This document shows, one piece after another, positions 46,961 to 57,700 of a stretch of DNA of 64,000 nt. How positions within the stretch are numbered: position 1 is the stretch's first letter; the number at the start of each line of letters is the position of its first letter. The notes under the pieces were generated by a model that saw only the letters and a list, made by a program, of their open reading frames with translations, did no database searches and had not been told where the DNA came from. Where the stretch lies: the NCBI RefSeq assembly GCF_902728285.1, contig NW_027104280.1:483995-547994 (forward strand). Reading direction: 5' to 3'. A program made the translations under genes and the position numbers. The stretch is from Clytia hemisphaerica. Lineage: Eukaryota.

Positions 46961-49900
46961 GTGAGTTAATAGCCAGTTTATGTATGTGTGTTTTTTTCTG
47001 CGACAGGGACGGTTAGGTTTTGATTCTACATCATGGACTTTGACGTCCTCAAAAGTGGAAATACATAAGGGAATAAGGGAACGCATAAATGAACAAACGA
47101 ACGCATAAATGAATGATCGAACGAAGGAAGGAACAGATAAAAGAATGAATGAGTGAGTAATCAAATGAACAAACAAGCGAAATAGCGAATGAAGCAATCA
47201 GTGAGTGAATGAATGATGACAGACTGAGAGAACGAGAGAACGAGCGAATGATTGAATGAAAAAAAACGGCCTGATTAAGAAATGAAAATGGATTATTCAC
47301 CAAATGAGCGAATGAATTATCCTGTAATTGAGATGACAAAAGGAGTGTCGGAAAGATCGGACGAAAGAAGCTACGAATTGTTTTCTTTTTTCAGGTAATG
47401 AAGAACAAGACAGCGCTTTAATGGAAATCCACTTATTAGCACAAGCCTCTCAATATCTTCCTCGCGATGTAATCATAGCCAAAATTCGAGAAATCCAAGA
47501 TAAAATGAAACCAAAACCTGTACTAAGGCCTCGATTACCCAGACCATCTCCGTTTGTGACAGAAATTGATCGAGACCATCCGATATTTATTCGACAGTTC
47601 TATTCTTTTGTTTTGACTGGTAATACAACCGGACATTTTCGTGTAGTTAGTACACCAGTACATTTTGGTGAGTTGGATTTCATGGACGATATTTTGAAAG
47701 ATTTAAACGATGTAGCAATATACGAGTTGGTAAAATTTCTTTTGAAGTTGAAGGAAAAATATTTTTGTCGAACGAAATTCTTGTTGATGGTTTACTTGAA
47801 GTTTGTTTTTGCGTCCAATCAAAAGACTTCGAAACAAGCGATCGACAATTTCGATAAAATTTGTGATACTGGTTCTTTATTGTTTCAATTTATGTCATTA
47901 AGTGAGAAATTGTACAATCATATTCATGGAGCGCCAGATGTACCACAACTTTCCAAAGATGAGCTACTGAGAAAAAGACTGGCACGTTTTGAAAAAATGA
48001 ACGTTCCATCCGCCAAAGCTTTACCTCCACATGATACGAACAGTAAATTTTCAGCTAGTCATTCTGCCGTCACAACTTTACCTAGCAACTCAGCCGCTAC
48101 ATCTTCTCAAAAGCCTAGCAGCTCAGCAGCTTCAGAAATCGTTCCCATGGACTTTGATAAGCCAATCAAAAAGAAGAAGAAGAAGAAGAAGAAGAAAAGA
48201 ATAAAGGTGAAGCATCCGAAACCATCTAAAAAGCCGGTCAAAGTTCACAAAAAATGTAAATTGAAACTCAGACATAAAAGCTTGCGTAAATGTTTCACAA
48301 AATTTCTTGATGCCACTCCACCTGGTTTGTTATTGTTCTTCATGTCACGTGACGTCGAGTGGGAGCGAAAAGAAGAATACGACTTTGTAGACTTCAAATA
48401 TCTTTTCAAACATTTACACCCAAAAATAACTAAGGATGCAGATTTGAAGAATTTGATAATTATTAATCATTTAAGTGGAAATGAAAAATTTCGGGAACAA
48501 GCAGATAACTACGTGGAGCAAAACCCGGTCTTGCAGAATACCGAAAATATAGTTTTAAACGGGATTATAACTACCGAAAATTTGAAAACGGATTTCGCGT
48601 ATAAAGGCTTATTTGGAGGGGAACAAGTTCACAATAGGAACAGTTTAAACATGATGCTTTATAAATGGGGAGAATTAGGGAAAAGAATTTGGACAGATGT
48701 TTCGGACACTTCAACAAAATGTGTGGAATTTTCGGACGAATATTCGTTAGACCAAGAGAAATATTTTCGATTGACTTATGAACATATAATCGAACACCAT
48801 CGGTATCAACCAAAGGTAGGTTTGAGTAATGACCATTATCCTTCACTCTCTTTTCGATCGATGTACTGACTTTTATATATCCTTGGACCAAGCTATATCC
48901 GCCATCTTTGATCGAAGTTTTTTTGAAAGTTGTGCCCACCAAGAAGCCATTGTAGTGTTTGAAATTTTGTCCAATGACAAACCGCGCTACATCATTAGTG
49001 TGTAAAAGCGAAACTAGATCTAGCGCTCTCTCCGTTGGTACCAATTTCAAAAAAACTCCGATCGTGATATTTTGCTTGGCCGGCATTGAGTAACTTGGTC
49101 CAGGGATATATAATGGATGGATGCAATAACTGCCATCGTGATCTTCTATCAAAAAGGTGTCACGAAAATTTGTTAGATTAAAGTCCGAGTTTCTTAAGAG
49201 AAGTTGCACGATGTTATCGTCCGTTAAATGGAGTAAACGCGGGAAAATATATATTTGCGCGGAGTATGCAGCCGTCAGGACAGTTTACGGGAAAATAGCG
49301 GTGGTACTGTAAACACCTCCACCCCTTCTCACTCCGTCCTGGGCTAGACTCCGTTTTTTAATTTATCCCGCCTCCTAAATTATTCCCTTTTTAAGGGACC
49401 TGCTCTACGAATGGGATATTGTAAAGAGAAATGAACTTAGAATACTTTTTTTATTTGTAGGTATGGGTAGAAATTGTTGAGGACCTCCCTTACATGTTGG
49501 TTCTGGAGAAATTGGAATTCATTTTCGAACGAAATCAATTGATTGGAAACAAACAGCTTGTTTTCAAACTTCAAATGATTATCGAAAGTATCAACCGAGT
49601 GATTGCTGCCAAAGTTCACCCTACACAAGTATGATGCCACATTTCTGTCCATTAGAATTGTTCTCTTTTATCGTGGTCCCCTCTCTCTACAATTCGAAAG
49701 CTTGACGCGAACGCAAATTTGTTACAGTAATGTGTCGAAATTATTGAATTTCAAGTTATTGATATATTTTGGAGTTGGTTAGAGCTTTTACTGTAAACCC
49801 AGCTGGCACACAACGTTGTTTCAACGTTTATCTAACGTTCACAACGCCCATATAACGTTAGATGAACGTTGAAACAACGTTGTGATTATTTTCTCATTTT

Positions 49901-51521
49901 CAGATCATTTCGCTCTACTTCACACTTCGACAGAAAACCAAGAAAAACAGAGGCTCCACTAAAACTGTTCAAAACAATAAAGATAAAGTCCTCAAAGCCT
50001 TATACCGTGCCTTTCATCTTTGTCTGCAGGTATGTATCCCTGACCCATTTTTTAGAGAAGGATCGGCCCTCCCGAACGATCAAATAACACCAGGCTCGTG
50101 TACCGAACTTTTCTAACACAATAGCGCTCTGCAACGCATACGTCATAATTGTTACTTTTGACTTTTTTTGACATTTGTACGAGTTGCAATCCCACAACTC
50201 AATGCGGCTCAATTTAAGATACGTGCAAATTGTTATATATATCTTTTGTCAAATGATGCAATTAACGTGCAAAAGAGATTAACGCAAAGGTTGATAGAAC
50301 TGGAACTCGATATGGACGTGTCGGTTCAACCGATATTGTTCAATGGCCCTCCGTAATACTGTTTTTACTGTATTTTGAAACTTTAAAACTTTTCTTCGTT
50401 TTGAGGTGTAAACTAACTAACTTTAAAGTATTTCCTTTTTAACTCTTTTTAGAGCGATGATATGAAACAAATCTTCTCTACTCACAAAAGACACTGTATA
50501 GCATTAGACCTCCGCCCTCAAATGTTCGAAAAGAAAAGGGATTCCGCCTTCACGCCTATCGAAGCCGCCCTTTGTTATGTTATGTGTTTGTATTATTACG
50601 AGGAATATTTCCATATTTACGCCTACAATAAAGAAATGGACAGCATAAAACAACATTTCACTCGAAACTTCGAGCTCAACGAACTAAGGGACACATTTCA
50701 AAAGGTATTTTATATGCCCTTCACATAAATATAGGACCAGAATAAGAGTAAAATACAATATTTCACACCTTTTCGACCGTTGCAGACAATTTTCGCGCGG
50801 CTATTTTTTTGTCTGTTTTACCACCCTTATACCGCCCAGTCTTTTTTTCGCATCTATAGACAATAGAAAAAGGTGTAAAAAAGGATTGGATCTAGTTTAA
50901 GGGGGATAATTAAATAATAAAGTGGCACGCGCCTGACCGCGCGACTACGGTCGAAAAGGTGTATTTGTTTGAAACATTACAAGCCTAGGTTGGCTTGAAA
51001 AAAATATCAAGCTTTCTAAAGGTGGGAGGGGGGGGAGTTGGTTTTATAAAAAGGTGGTGTTCAAGTTAACCATTTCGGGAATTGTTGAATTTTTAAATAT
51101 GTTTTAATTATTCCATCAATTTTTGTTTTAGATGAAAAACGAAGAGACAGTCAATTATCATGCTTTTCTTCACCATGCTTTCGAAAAGCGAATCGATACA
51201 GACGCTTTTGTTTTCATTTCTTCCGATTCTCCAAATACCGACTTCGAACAATTATCGACCTTAATGACCACTTACCGAACGAAAATGCATCGCCCTGACA
51301 CTAGTGCGTTTCTATGGCAACTCATGAGCCAGGGTATTCAACCCAGGGTAGATTCGCCTGTCTGTTTACTTCAGGGTGTTGATAAAAATGTTTATTATTA
51401 CCTGAATGCAGCGGTTCGTTTTGCTGGCATCACCGCGCAGCCTGTTTTGTCCGCCGCTTGCGAAGCATCACAACCTGACGTTGATACGAGTGTAGAATTA
51501 GGAACTTGGAGAGTTGGCTAG
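46729..51521 (+). CDS. Divergent TROVE-domain / vWA-like paralog D (MIDAS degenerate), 6 exons
   Basis: join(46729..46960,47395..48815,49461..49628,49904..50029,50453..50704,51132..51521). Same exon architecture and phases as A-C. Motifs: IRQFYSFVLTGNTTGHF (cf. FLCFGSEGGTYY), a poly-K insertion, SLRKCFTKF, VWVEIVEDLPYML...KVHPTQ, ALYRAFHLC, HCIALDLRPQMF (replaces DxSxS), DAFVFISSDSPNTDFEQLSTLMTTYRTKMHRPD. Exon 1 is speculative. Confidence 0.65.
47066..47310. repeat. Degenerate GAATGA/GAACGA-type microsatellite-like tract in intron 1 of paralog D
   Basis: aacgcataaatgaa / gaatgaatga / gaacgagaga motifs. Produces spurious S/F/I-rich minus-strand ORFs. Confidence 0.6.
47395..48815 (+). CDS. Paralog D exon 2 (TROVE core)
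   Basis: Acceptor ttttttcag|gt; donor aag|gtaggt. 482-aa open frame. Confidence 0.65.
49461..49628 (+). CDS. Paralog D exon 3
   Basis: Acceptor tttgtag|gta; donor caa|gtatga. Confidence 0.6.
49798..49884. mobile_element. ~90-nt hairpin element (cccagctggcacacaacgttgtttcaacgtt...aacgttgaaacaacgttgtg) about 20 nt upstream of the exon 4 acceptor of paralog D
   Basis: 31-bp stem with one mismatch. The right terminus is truncated relative to the copy at 53775. Confidence 0.6.
49904..50029 (+). CDS. Paralog D exon 4
   Basis: Acceptor ttttcag|atc; donor cag|gtatgt. Confidence 0.6.
50453..50704 (+). CDS. Paralog D exon 5 (degenerate MIDAS)
   Basis: Acceptor tttttag|agc; donor aag|gtattt. Confidence 0.6.
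51132..51521 (+). CDS. Paralog D exon 6 (terminal)
   Basis: Acceptor ttttag|atg; stop tag at 51519-51521. Confidence 0.6.
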   Translation: MKNEETVNYHAFLHHAFEKRIDTDAFVFISSDSPNTDFEQLSTLMTTYRTKMHRPDTSAFLWQLMSQGIQPRVDSPVCLLQGVDKNVYYYLNAAVRFAGITAQPVLSAACEASQPDVDTSVELGTWRVG

Positions 51522-52453
51522 ACAAAGAGCTTTTCTTTTGTATTTTTTGGATCGCTAAAATTTTTGTCAAATACAAAAAATCTAAATTTGATTTTTGTTG
51601 CTTTAGAACTTAAAGTTTTTGATACATCATAATTTATTTTTATGTATATTCTCACATTATTGTACATAACTTTACTGTACAATTTTATTCAATTTTGATT
51701 TTTAGGTAGTTTTTTAAATTCCATGCCGTCGTGTCGGTGGGGCGTATATTTAGAGAATATTTAGGCTCAAGTCTGTTCACAAAAAAATGGCAGTCTACAC
51801 ACATTTTCACACACTGATCTCGTTGGAGGAGGAGAAATCCGCTCCAAATTATCTTTTCAACGAGGTATTATTTTCATTATATCTTTTCTCCATCAAAATC
51901 AATGTTTGAAGAAGTATGAACTGTCAACTTTTTTGGAACAGACATTTAATAATCAAATATATGAAAAAGCTTTTTGGGTGTTGTTGCAAAACATAATTAC
52001 TATCTCTTTGACCTCTTTGGGATATATAGGTCGTTACGAATGTCAGTTAATTTAAGACATTTTCTTGATTGCTTCAATGTTTTGTTTCTTCAGATTTAAC
52101 ATAAAACAATAAAAATTTATAAAAATAAAAAATAAATTTAAAATATTGAATACAAAATGGATGAATGGCATTGGCCTGTGTTTTTGGTGTCTGGAAAACC
52201 CAAGTAAAAGAAGAGAGGAAACGCCAGAGAGAAGAAACATGGGGGAGAACACAAACTGTAAGTTTGACTCACTTGTTTTCATTTCCCGCAAAATTTGGCG
52301 TGTTTTTTCGGTTTAATAATTTTACGGAAATACCCTTTTAGTTTTGTTCAATTTATATCCTACTTTCTCCCGTGAAAACTTGCTACCCTCATCCTTTCTT
52401 TAAATGCCAGTTCTTAATAACAGGGCGAACCTTCTTGTAAAAAGTTTACAAAT

Positions 52454-52822
52454 TTATAAGATGTTGTATTTTTGTAGCCAATCAGGAATTTTGAGCACTT
52501 CAACCTTCCTCTTCACTGCGGAGCCGCTCTTCGCTTTTCTTCTCCCTCTCCACGCTTTGGCCCCTTTTTGTTGATTAGTCCAGCATTTGTCACAGACCAT
52601 GGATCTCTTTCCACGCCATGCGTTTTCATTGGTTTTGCCAACCATGTCGTCACCAGTCTCCGGGTTTTGGTTGTGGCGCTTACACAAACATAACGCTTTC
52701 CGCCTGTTGAACCACTTCAAAAGGATTTCCTGTTCTGCGATACTTAATGGCTGTTCTTGTTCTCTTTTGACGTTCGATATCTGTCCCGGTTTGTGAATTT
52801 CTTGATTCTGATATCCGCCCAT
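52454..52822 (-). CDS. Hypothetical small basic Cys-containing protein (122 aa), single ORF between paralogs D and E
   Basis: The GC-richer ORF MGGYQNQEIHKPGQISNVKREQEQPL...CLCKRH...CDKCW...KRKVEVLKIPDWLQKYNIL stands out from AT-rich flanks. Has a CxC..H...CxxC arrangement. No confident family assignment. Confidence 0.3.
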   Translation of the reverse strand: MGGYQNQEIHKPGQISNVKREQEQPLSIAEQEILLKWFNRRKALCLCKRHNQNPETGDDMVGKTNENAWRGKRSMVCDKCWTNQQKGAKAWRGRRKAKSGSAVKRKVEVLKIPDWLQKYNIL

Positions 52823-53774
52823 CTCGAAAATTGTGTTTTCTTTAGGGATAAGTTGCAGTGAAAACCTTTCTCGTTGATCCAGTGATTGTACTGAAATGAC
52901 AAGTAAAATTTCTTCAATCTCGATTACATTTCGAACCTTGAATAGAAGTTAAAAACAGGAGTGGTAGACTAGTCTCAAATTTGAACAAACTGAGGAGAAA
53001 AACTTTGAATTTTGCAAAGAATTTTGTGTCATTAACTTGGTATTCAATTTGACTTACCATTTGGTTTTGCGAGGATACATGAAGGTATAATGAACAGCAA
53101 AATATAAATCATGTTGTGTGTGTGTGTGTTCGTTGTTCTACAATACGTCGTGAACGAAATCCTTTACCTTTTATGCACCCCTCACTAGAAGGTAATGTCT
53201 GGGAACCAAACAGATGACAAAGTGTTATTTTATGAGGGGAGGGAAATTAAAAAAAACAAAAAGAATTTTGTAGGGTTTATATGAATTAAAATCTTCCTTT
53301 TTAATGTCTTTTAAAAGGACCGGTATGACACTTCTTCTTTTGTCTGTTTGTTTTTTTGAAGCATGAAAAGGAGTGAGAAAAAGGAGGTAATTCTTCCTAT
53401 TTCTTTGATGAAGGGAAATTTCGCGAATTAATTACATCTGCCCTCTCTGTTTTGCGCGAGAAAAATGGGTTCGAGAGATATTTTACCGCAATTAAGTCGA
53501 GTGTGAGATCCTATGACGTTCTCACGTCCTTTTTCATTGTTGACCCCCCTAACAACATATTATACAAATCCGCTGTTTTATCGTTACGATATAATTAAAG
53601 ATTTTCTTATTTCTTAGATTTTAAACTCTGTTGAAAGTAATGAAATATTAAATAAAACAAAAGAAGAATTTATGAAATGTCTTATAGGAGTCTTTAATTA
53701 AAGTGAGACATAAAATGATATAATTGTCAATATACTGGTACTGCCAGCAAAAAAACTCTTATGAAATAATTAAC

Positions 53775-53871
53775 CCAGCTGGCACAAAACGTTGTTTCAA
53801 CGTTTATCTAATGTCCATAACGTCCATATAACGTTAGGTGAACGTTGAAACAACGTTGTGTGCCAGCTGGG
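53775..53871. mobile_element. Complete copy of the same hairpin element (42-bp stem, cccagctgg...ccagctggg termini, left flank TTAA) immediately upstream of the first recognisable exon of paralog E
   Basis: ttaa|cccagctggcacaaaacgttgtttcaacgtttatctaatg..cgttaggtgaacgttgaaacaacgttgtgtgccagctggg|aatg. Confidence 0.6.
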
Positions 53872-53890
53872 AATGCCCCTAAATTTACAG

Positions 53891-54712
53891 TTTTAGATCA
53901 CGAAGAAGTCCGAATCGCGGATCGCTTATTCTCTTTATCGGAAGATACTTCAATACAACCGGTTCTCGTGGTTACAAATGGTAGCTTTTCGCTTGAGAGG
54001 CGCTTTAAAGAACTATCCATCCACACTCCACCCAAAGATGTGGCGGCCCGCCTTCTTGGTGAATATGAATATTATGGAATCAACGAATTGAAGAAATTTC
54101 TAAGGATAGGATGCAAAGCCTGTCCACAGTTCACTGAATGTCATAAAGATAAAAAGAAAGTCGAATCCGTAGCTCAAAAACATCAGCACGAATGTTTACG
54201 GATCGTTCGAAATTTATTGGCCATAGGAAAAAGTGCCGAAATCATTGACTTGGTCAAAGAGAAAACAGGTTGTCTACTGTTGCATTATGAGCCGCTATTC
54301 ACTGTGCTAAGTCTTTGTAGTATCATCGGAGAGAAACCGGTCCGCAAGCAGATTTACGAAATTGCGTTGGAGATGTGTTTCAACTGCCCACGACTCTTTT
54401 ACTTTGTGGCTTGCAGTGAACACTTCCGCCATTTACTTGATGACGTGGCGACAAGCGGCAAACAGGACAAACGCGTCAAATATTGGGAACCTTTGCGCAG
54501 GCGCATGATTGCCAGGTTCTACAATAGATACGAACCACATGAACTGCTGTACATGACCACACGCCACAAGCAACGTTATAAAATCACGCACCGAACAATC
54601 TTGTGCAAAAGTCGACCCCCACCTCGCGGTGACCATAAAGAAGCCATTGACTTGATCTTTTGTTATTTGTCACGTGGTTTCAACAAAACGGAAGCGAAAG
54701 CTAATGTTAAAG
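53891..54712 (+). CDS. Paralog E first recognisable exon (partial)
   Basis: Open from the hairpin element; putative acceptor tttacag|tt; donor aaag|gtcagt (phase 1). Confidence 0.45.
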
Positions 54713-57700
54713 GTCAGTCTTCTTGATAACTATTGAACTTTGGTAAAAATCATAAAAATGATATTTTCTTTAGAGTTTTGGTAACTTCCATTTTTACGGC
54801 GCTAACTACCCAAAAGTCCGCTCAACCTCCAATTGCTTTTCTGAGCACTGATTGGTTTATTTGGCTCAATTACATCATAATTTTGAGATTCGACCAATCA
54901 AATTGATTGATTGGATAGCTAGCTGTAAGTGCGGTTTAAATGTCAGGACTCTTTATAAGCGGACATTTCGTGTATGTGAATCAGGCTTTTAACTTTTAAT
55001 TGATGAATTCAAAGAAGTAATGGATGGATTTTATTATTTTTTAGGAAAAGCAATCCAGCCCATGACGAGCTCAGTATTTCAGAAAATTGAATTACTGGAA
55101 GAAATCAAAAGTCTGTCATTCAACGATGAAAACATTGGCAAGTTGCAGAGAATCATTGAAGAGAATATTAAGCATGAAACGATTAATGAATGGCAAGGTT
55201 ACAGTCAACCGTCACCAACAATCCTCTTCTTTAATGTTTTATTGGAACACATCCCAAATGAATTCCTTAGACAATACAAGGTGATTATTTATCCAGGTTT
55301 TCCCCTGCGTTGGCAATACCATATTCTTATCCTCTCCTCACGCAGACTCTCCTCCAAAATTCAGTTTAATGTGTTAGATTTGTTAAGCACAATCTGGCAA
55401 GAGCTTCACTTGTAAAAGTCGACGTTTCTTTGTTTCAAATAATGTCAGCCTAACATCATTTCACTTCAATAATGATTAGAGCTAACAACAGTTTGTAAAT
55501 CAAATTTTCTCTTTATTCTGGTCCGTAGATTTTGCGATCGTTGCTTCCCGGAATGCCGATCGGGACGTTGATCTTTAAACTTGGCGTGATATCGCATCAT
55601 GGTTTATTCATGGAAAATAGCGGTGATACTCCTGCAACGAAAGAACAAGTTGATGAAAATATTCAAACTGCACTCCAAATAATCAAAGATCAAAAAAATA
55701 GGCTGCATCCTTTTAAGGTAAAATTTGATTTATTGCAAATCGATACATCATGCTACGGATTTGGTTAAGTTAACCGAGGCTATATTTCAAAGTCGGTGTG
55801 ATTTGCAAACATTTTCGGGGAGATTGGGATGTTTTCCATGTAGCTATGTGTAAAATAGAATACAGCGGTACGATTCAAACATTAGTTTTAAAGATGTATC
55901 CTTGATATAGAGGATTTCGATTTATGGTTTGAATTGTGAAAAACCTGCTGTTCTATTTAAGACCTTTAAGATCTCTAACACTACGGTACAAACGGTGTGA
56001 TCGTGTTCCCTTTTACATACTTTTGTCTTATGTTACTTTCAGATTTTGAAAGCAGCGAAGTGCTACAGTACAGGGCAAGCTGACTTGCGCATTTACACAA
56101 GAAAAATCGCCGAAAGAAAGTCGTTAAGGACATCGTTGACATGGAAACCCAGTCCACAGATCATAGATGCTCTTTATGAGGCTTTCCGCACCCAACAGGT
56201 TTGTCTTTTAGGAATGTGTTTTGAATTATCGATATGAATGTTCTTGCTTTGCTTCCAAATAATCTGAAGCGGAGACAAAAAGGGTGTAACATTGGAATTT
56301 AAATTAGGTTGCACTTTTATGCTTGTTGAAAAGACATTTAAGAGTGGAATATTACTAAAGTCTATTCACGATAAGTGTGCACTCTTTTTTCTTTTACCTA
56401 TAACTTTTGAAGGAATTCTTCAATCTTTATAAATTTGGTATCATTGGAAAGATATTAGTGAGTGGAACAGTTTGAAATAAAAAAATCTTTTAAAAAATTC
56501 TAGAAATGAAGATGAAAATGAAGAAGAAAAAAATTAAGATCTTGTAGAAAAGTGCTACAACAACCATTTTCACAGAAGTAAATCCTTGATCATCTAACGT
56601 CATCACTGTGAAAAAACGTCTCAAAAATAATTATTCAGTCAAAAGATATTAAACAAAGTTATAAGCTGATTGACGTCTAAAAACGCTGTTTTCTGCTGTT
56701 TTCTGCTGTTTTTGGGTCAATCACTTACTAACTTTGTATCATAACTTTATACAGTATTGAACATATATATTTTAGTGAAATTTCTTCACAGTGATGACCT
56801 CCTAAGATCAAGGAATCTCTCCAGTGAAAATGAAAGTTATAGCACTTTTCTACAAGATCTTAATTTTTTTCTTCTTCATATCCATCTTCATTTCTAGAAT
56901 TTTTTTAAAGACTTTTTTATGTCAAATTGTTCCACTCACTAATATCTCTCCAACGATACCCACTAATATCTCTCCAACGATAGCAAATTTATAAAGATTG
57001 AAGAATTCCTTCAAAAGTTATAGGTAAAAGAAAAAAGAGTGCACACTTATCGTGAACAGACTTTAAAGAAAAAATTCTAAAAAGATACAATTTTAAAAGC
57101 TTACATAGCATTTTTTTCAACGCTTTAGATTATAATGAGATGAATTTTATGTAATCTACGTAATTTGGCGTATATTTGGGATAAGCTACTAGGATTGGGT
57201 ATTAAGTAGGTGTTTATCAAATCATGATGGACCGGATTCTTTAGGTGTCTTAACCCTTCGAGCATCTTGCCCCCCCCCCCCAAAAAAAAAAAAACACTTT
57301 TAATAACTTTTGAAATACTGGTCCAATGGACTTGAAATTTTGCAAGTGTGCACAAAATATGAATTGGCATCTTTGGTAAAAATTTCGGCTTCATTGATGA
57401 CGTCATTACCACCTGATTACGTCATGATTTTTTTTAAATGCCCAAAATAGGACCCTTGCCATTTCTTGCAACCTGTTAGTATCGTGTAATTTACAGACCG
57501 GCCCAAAATTGCCCTTTTTGCCTAAATTAGCCTTAGGTTACTGTATCTTAGGATTGGAGAATGTTGTTGACTTGAAATTTCGACAAGTGGTAGGTATTGA
57601 TAATACAAGCTTGCAGCCAAAATTTCAGCAAAATCGAACGAGTGGTTCTGCTAAAATTGAGCATTTCTGGTAAAAAAACGAACCGGTCTGTAAAATACCA

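Noticed and set aside
46955-47339. Minus-strand ORFs rich in S/F/I/H (SFIHSLIASFAISLVCSF...).
   Set aside because: They are low-complexity readings of the degenerate GAATGA/GAACGA microsatellite in intron 1 of paralog D.
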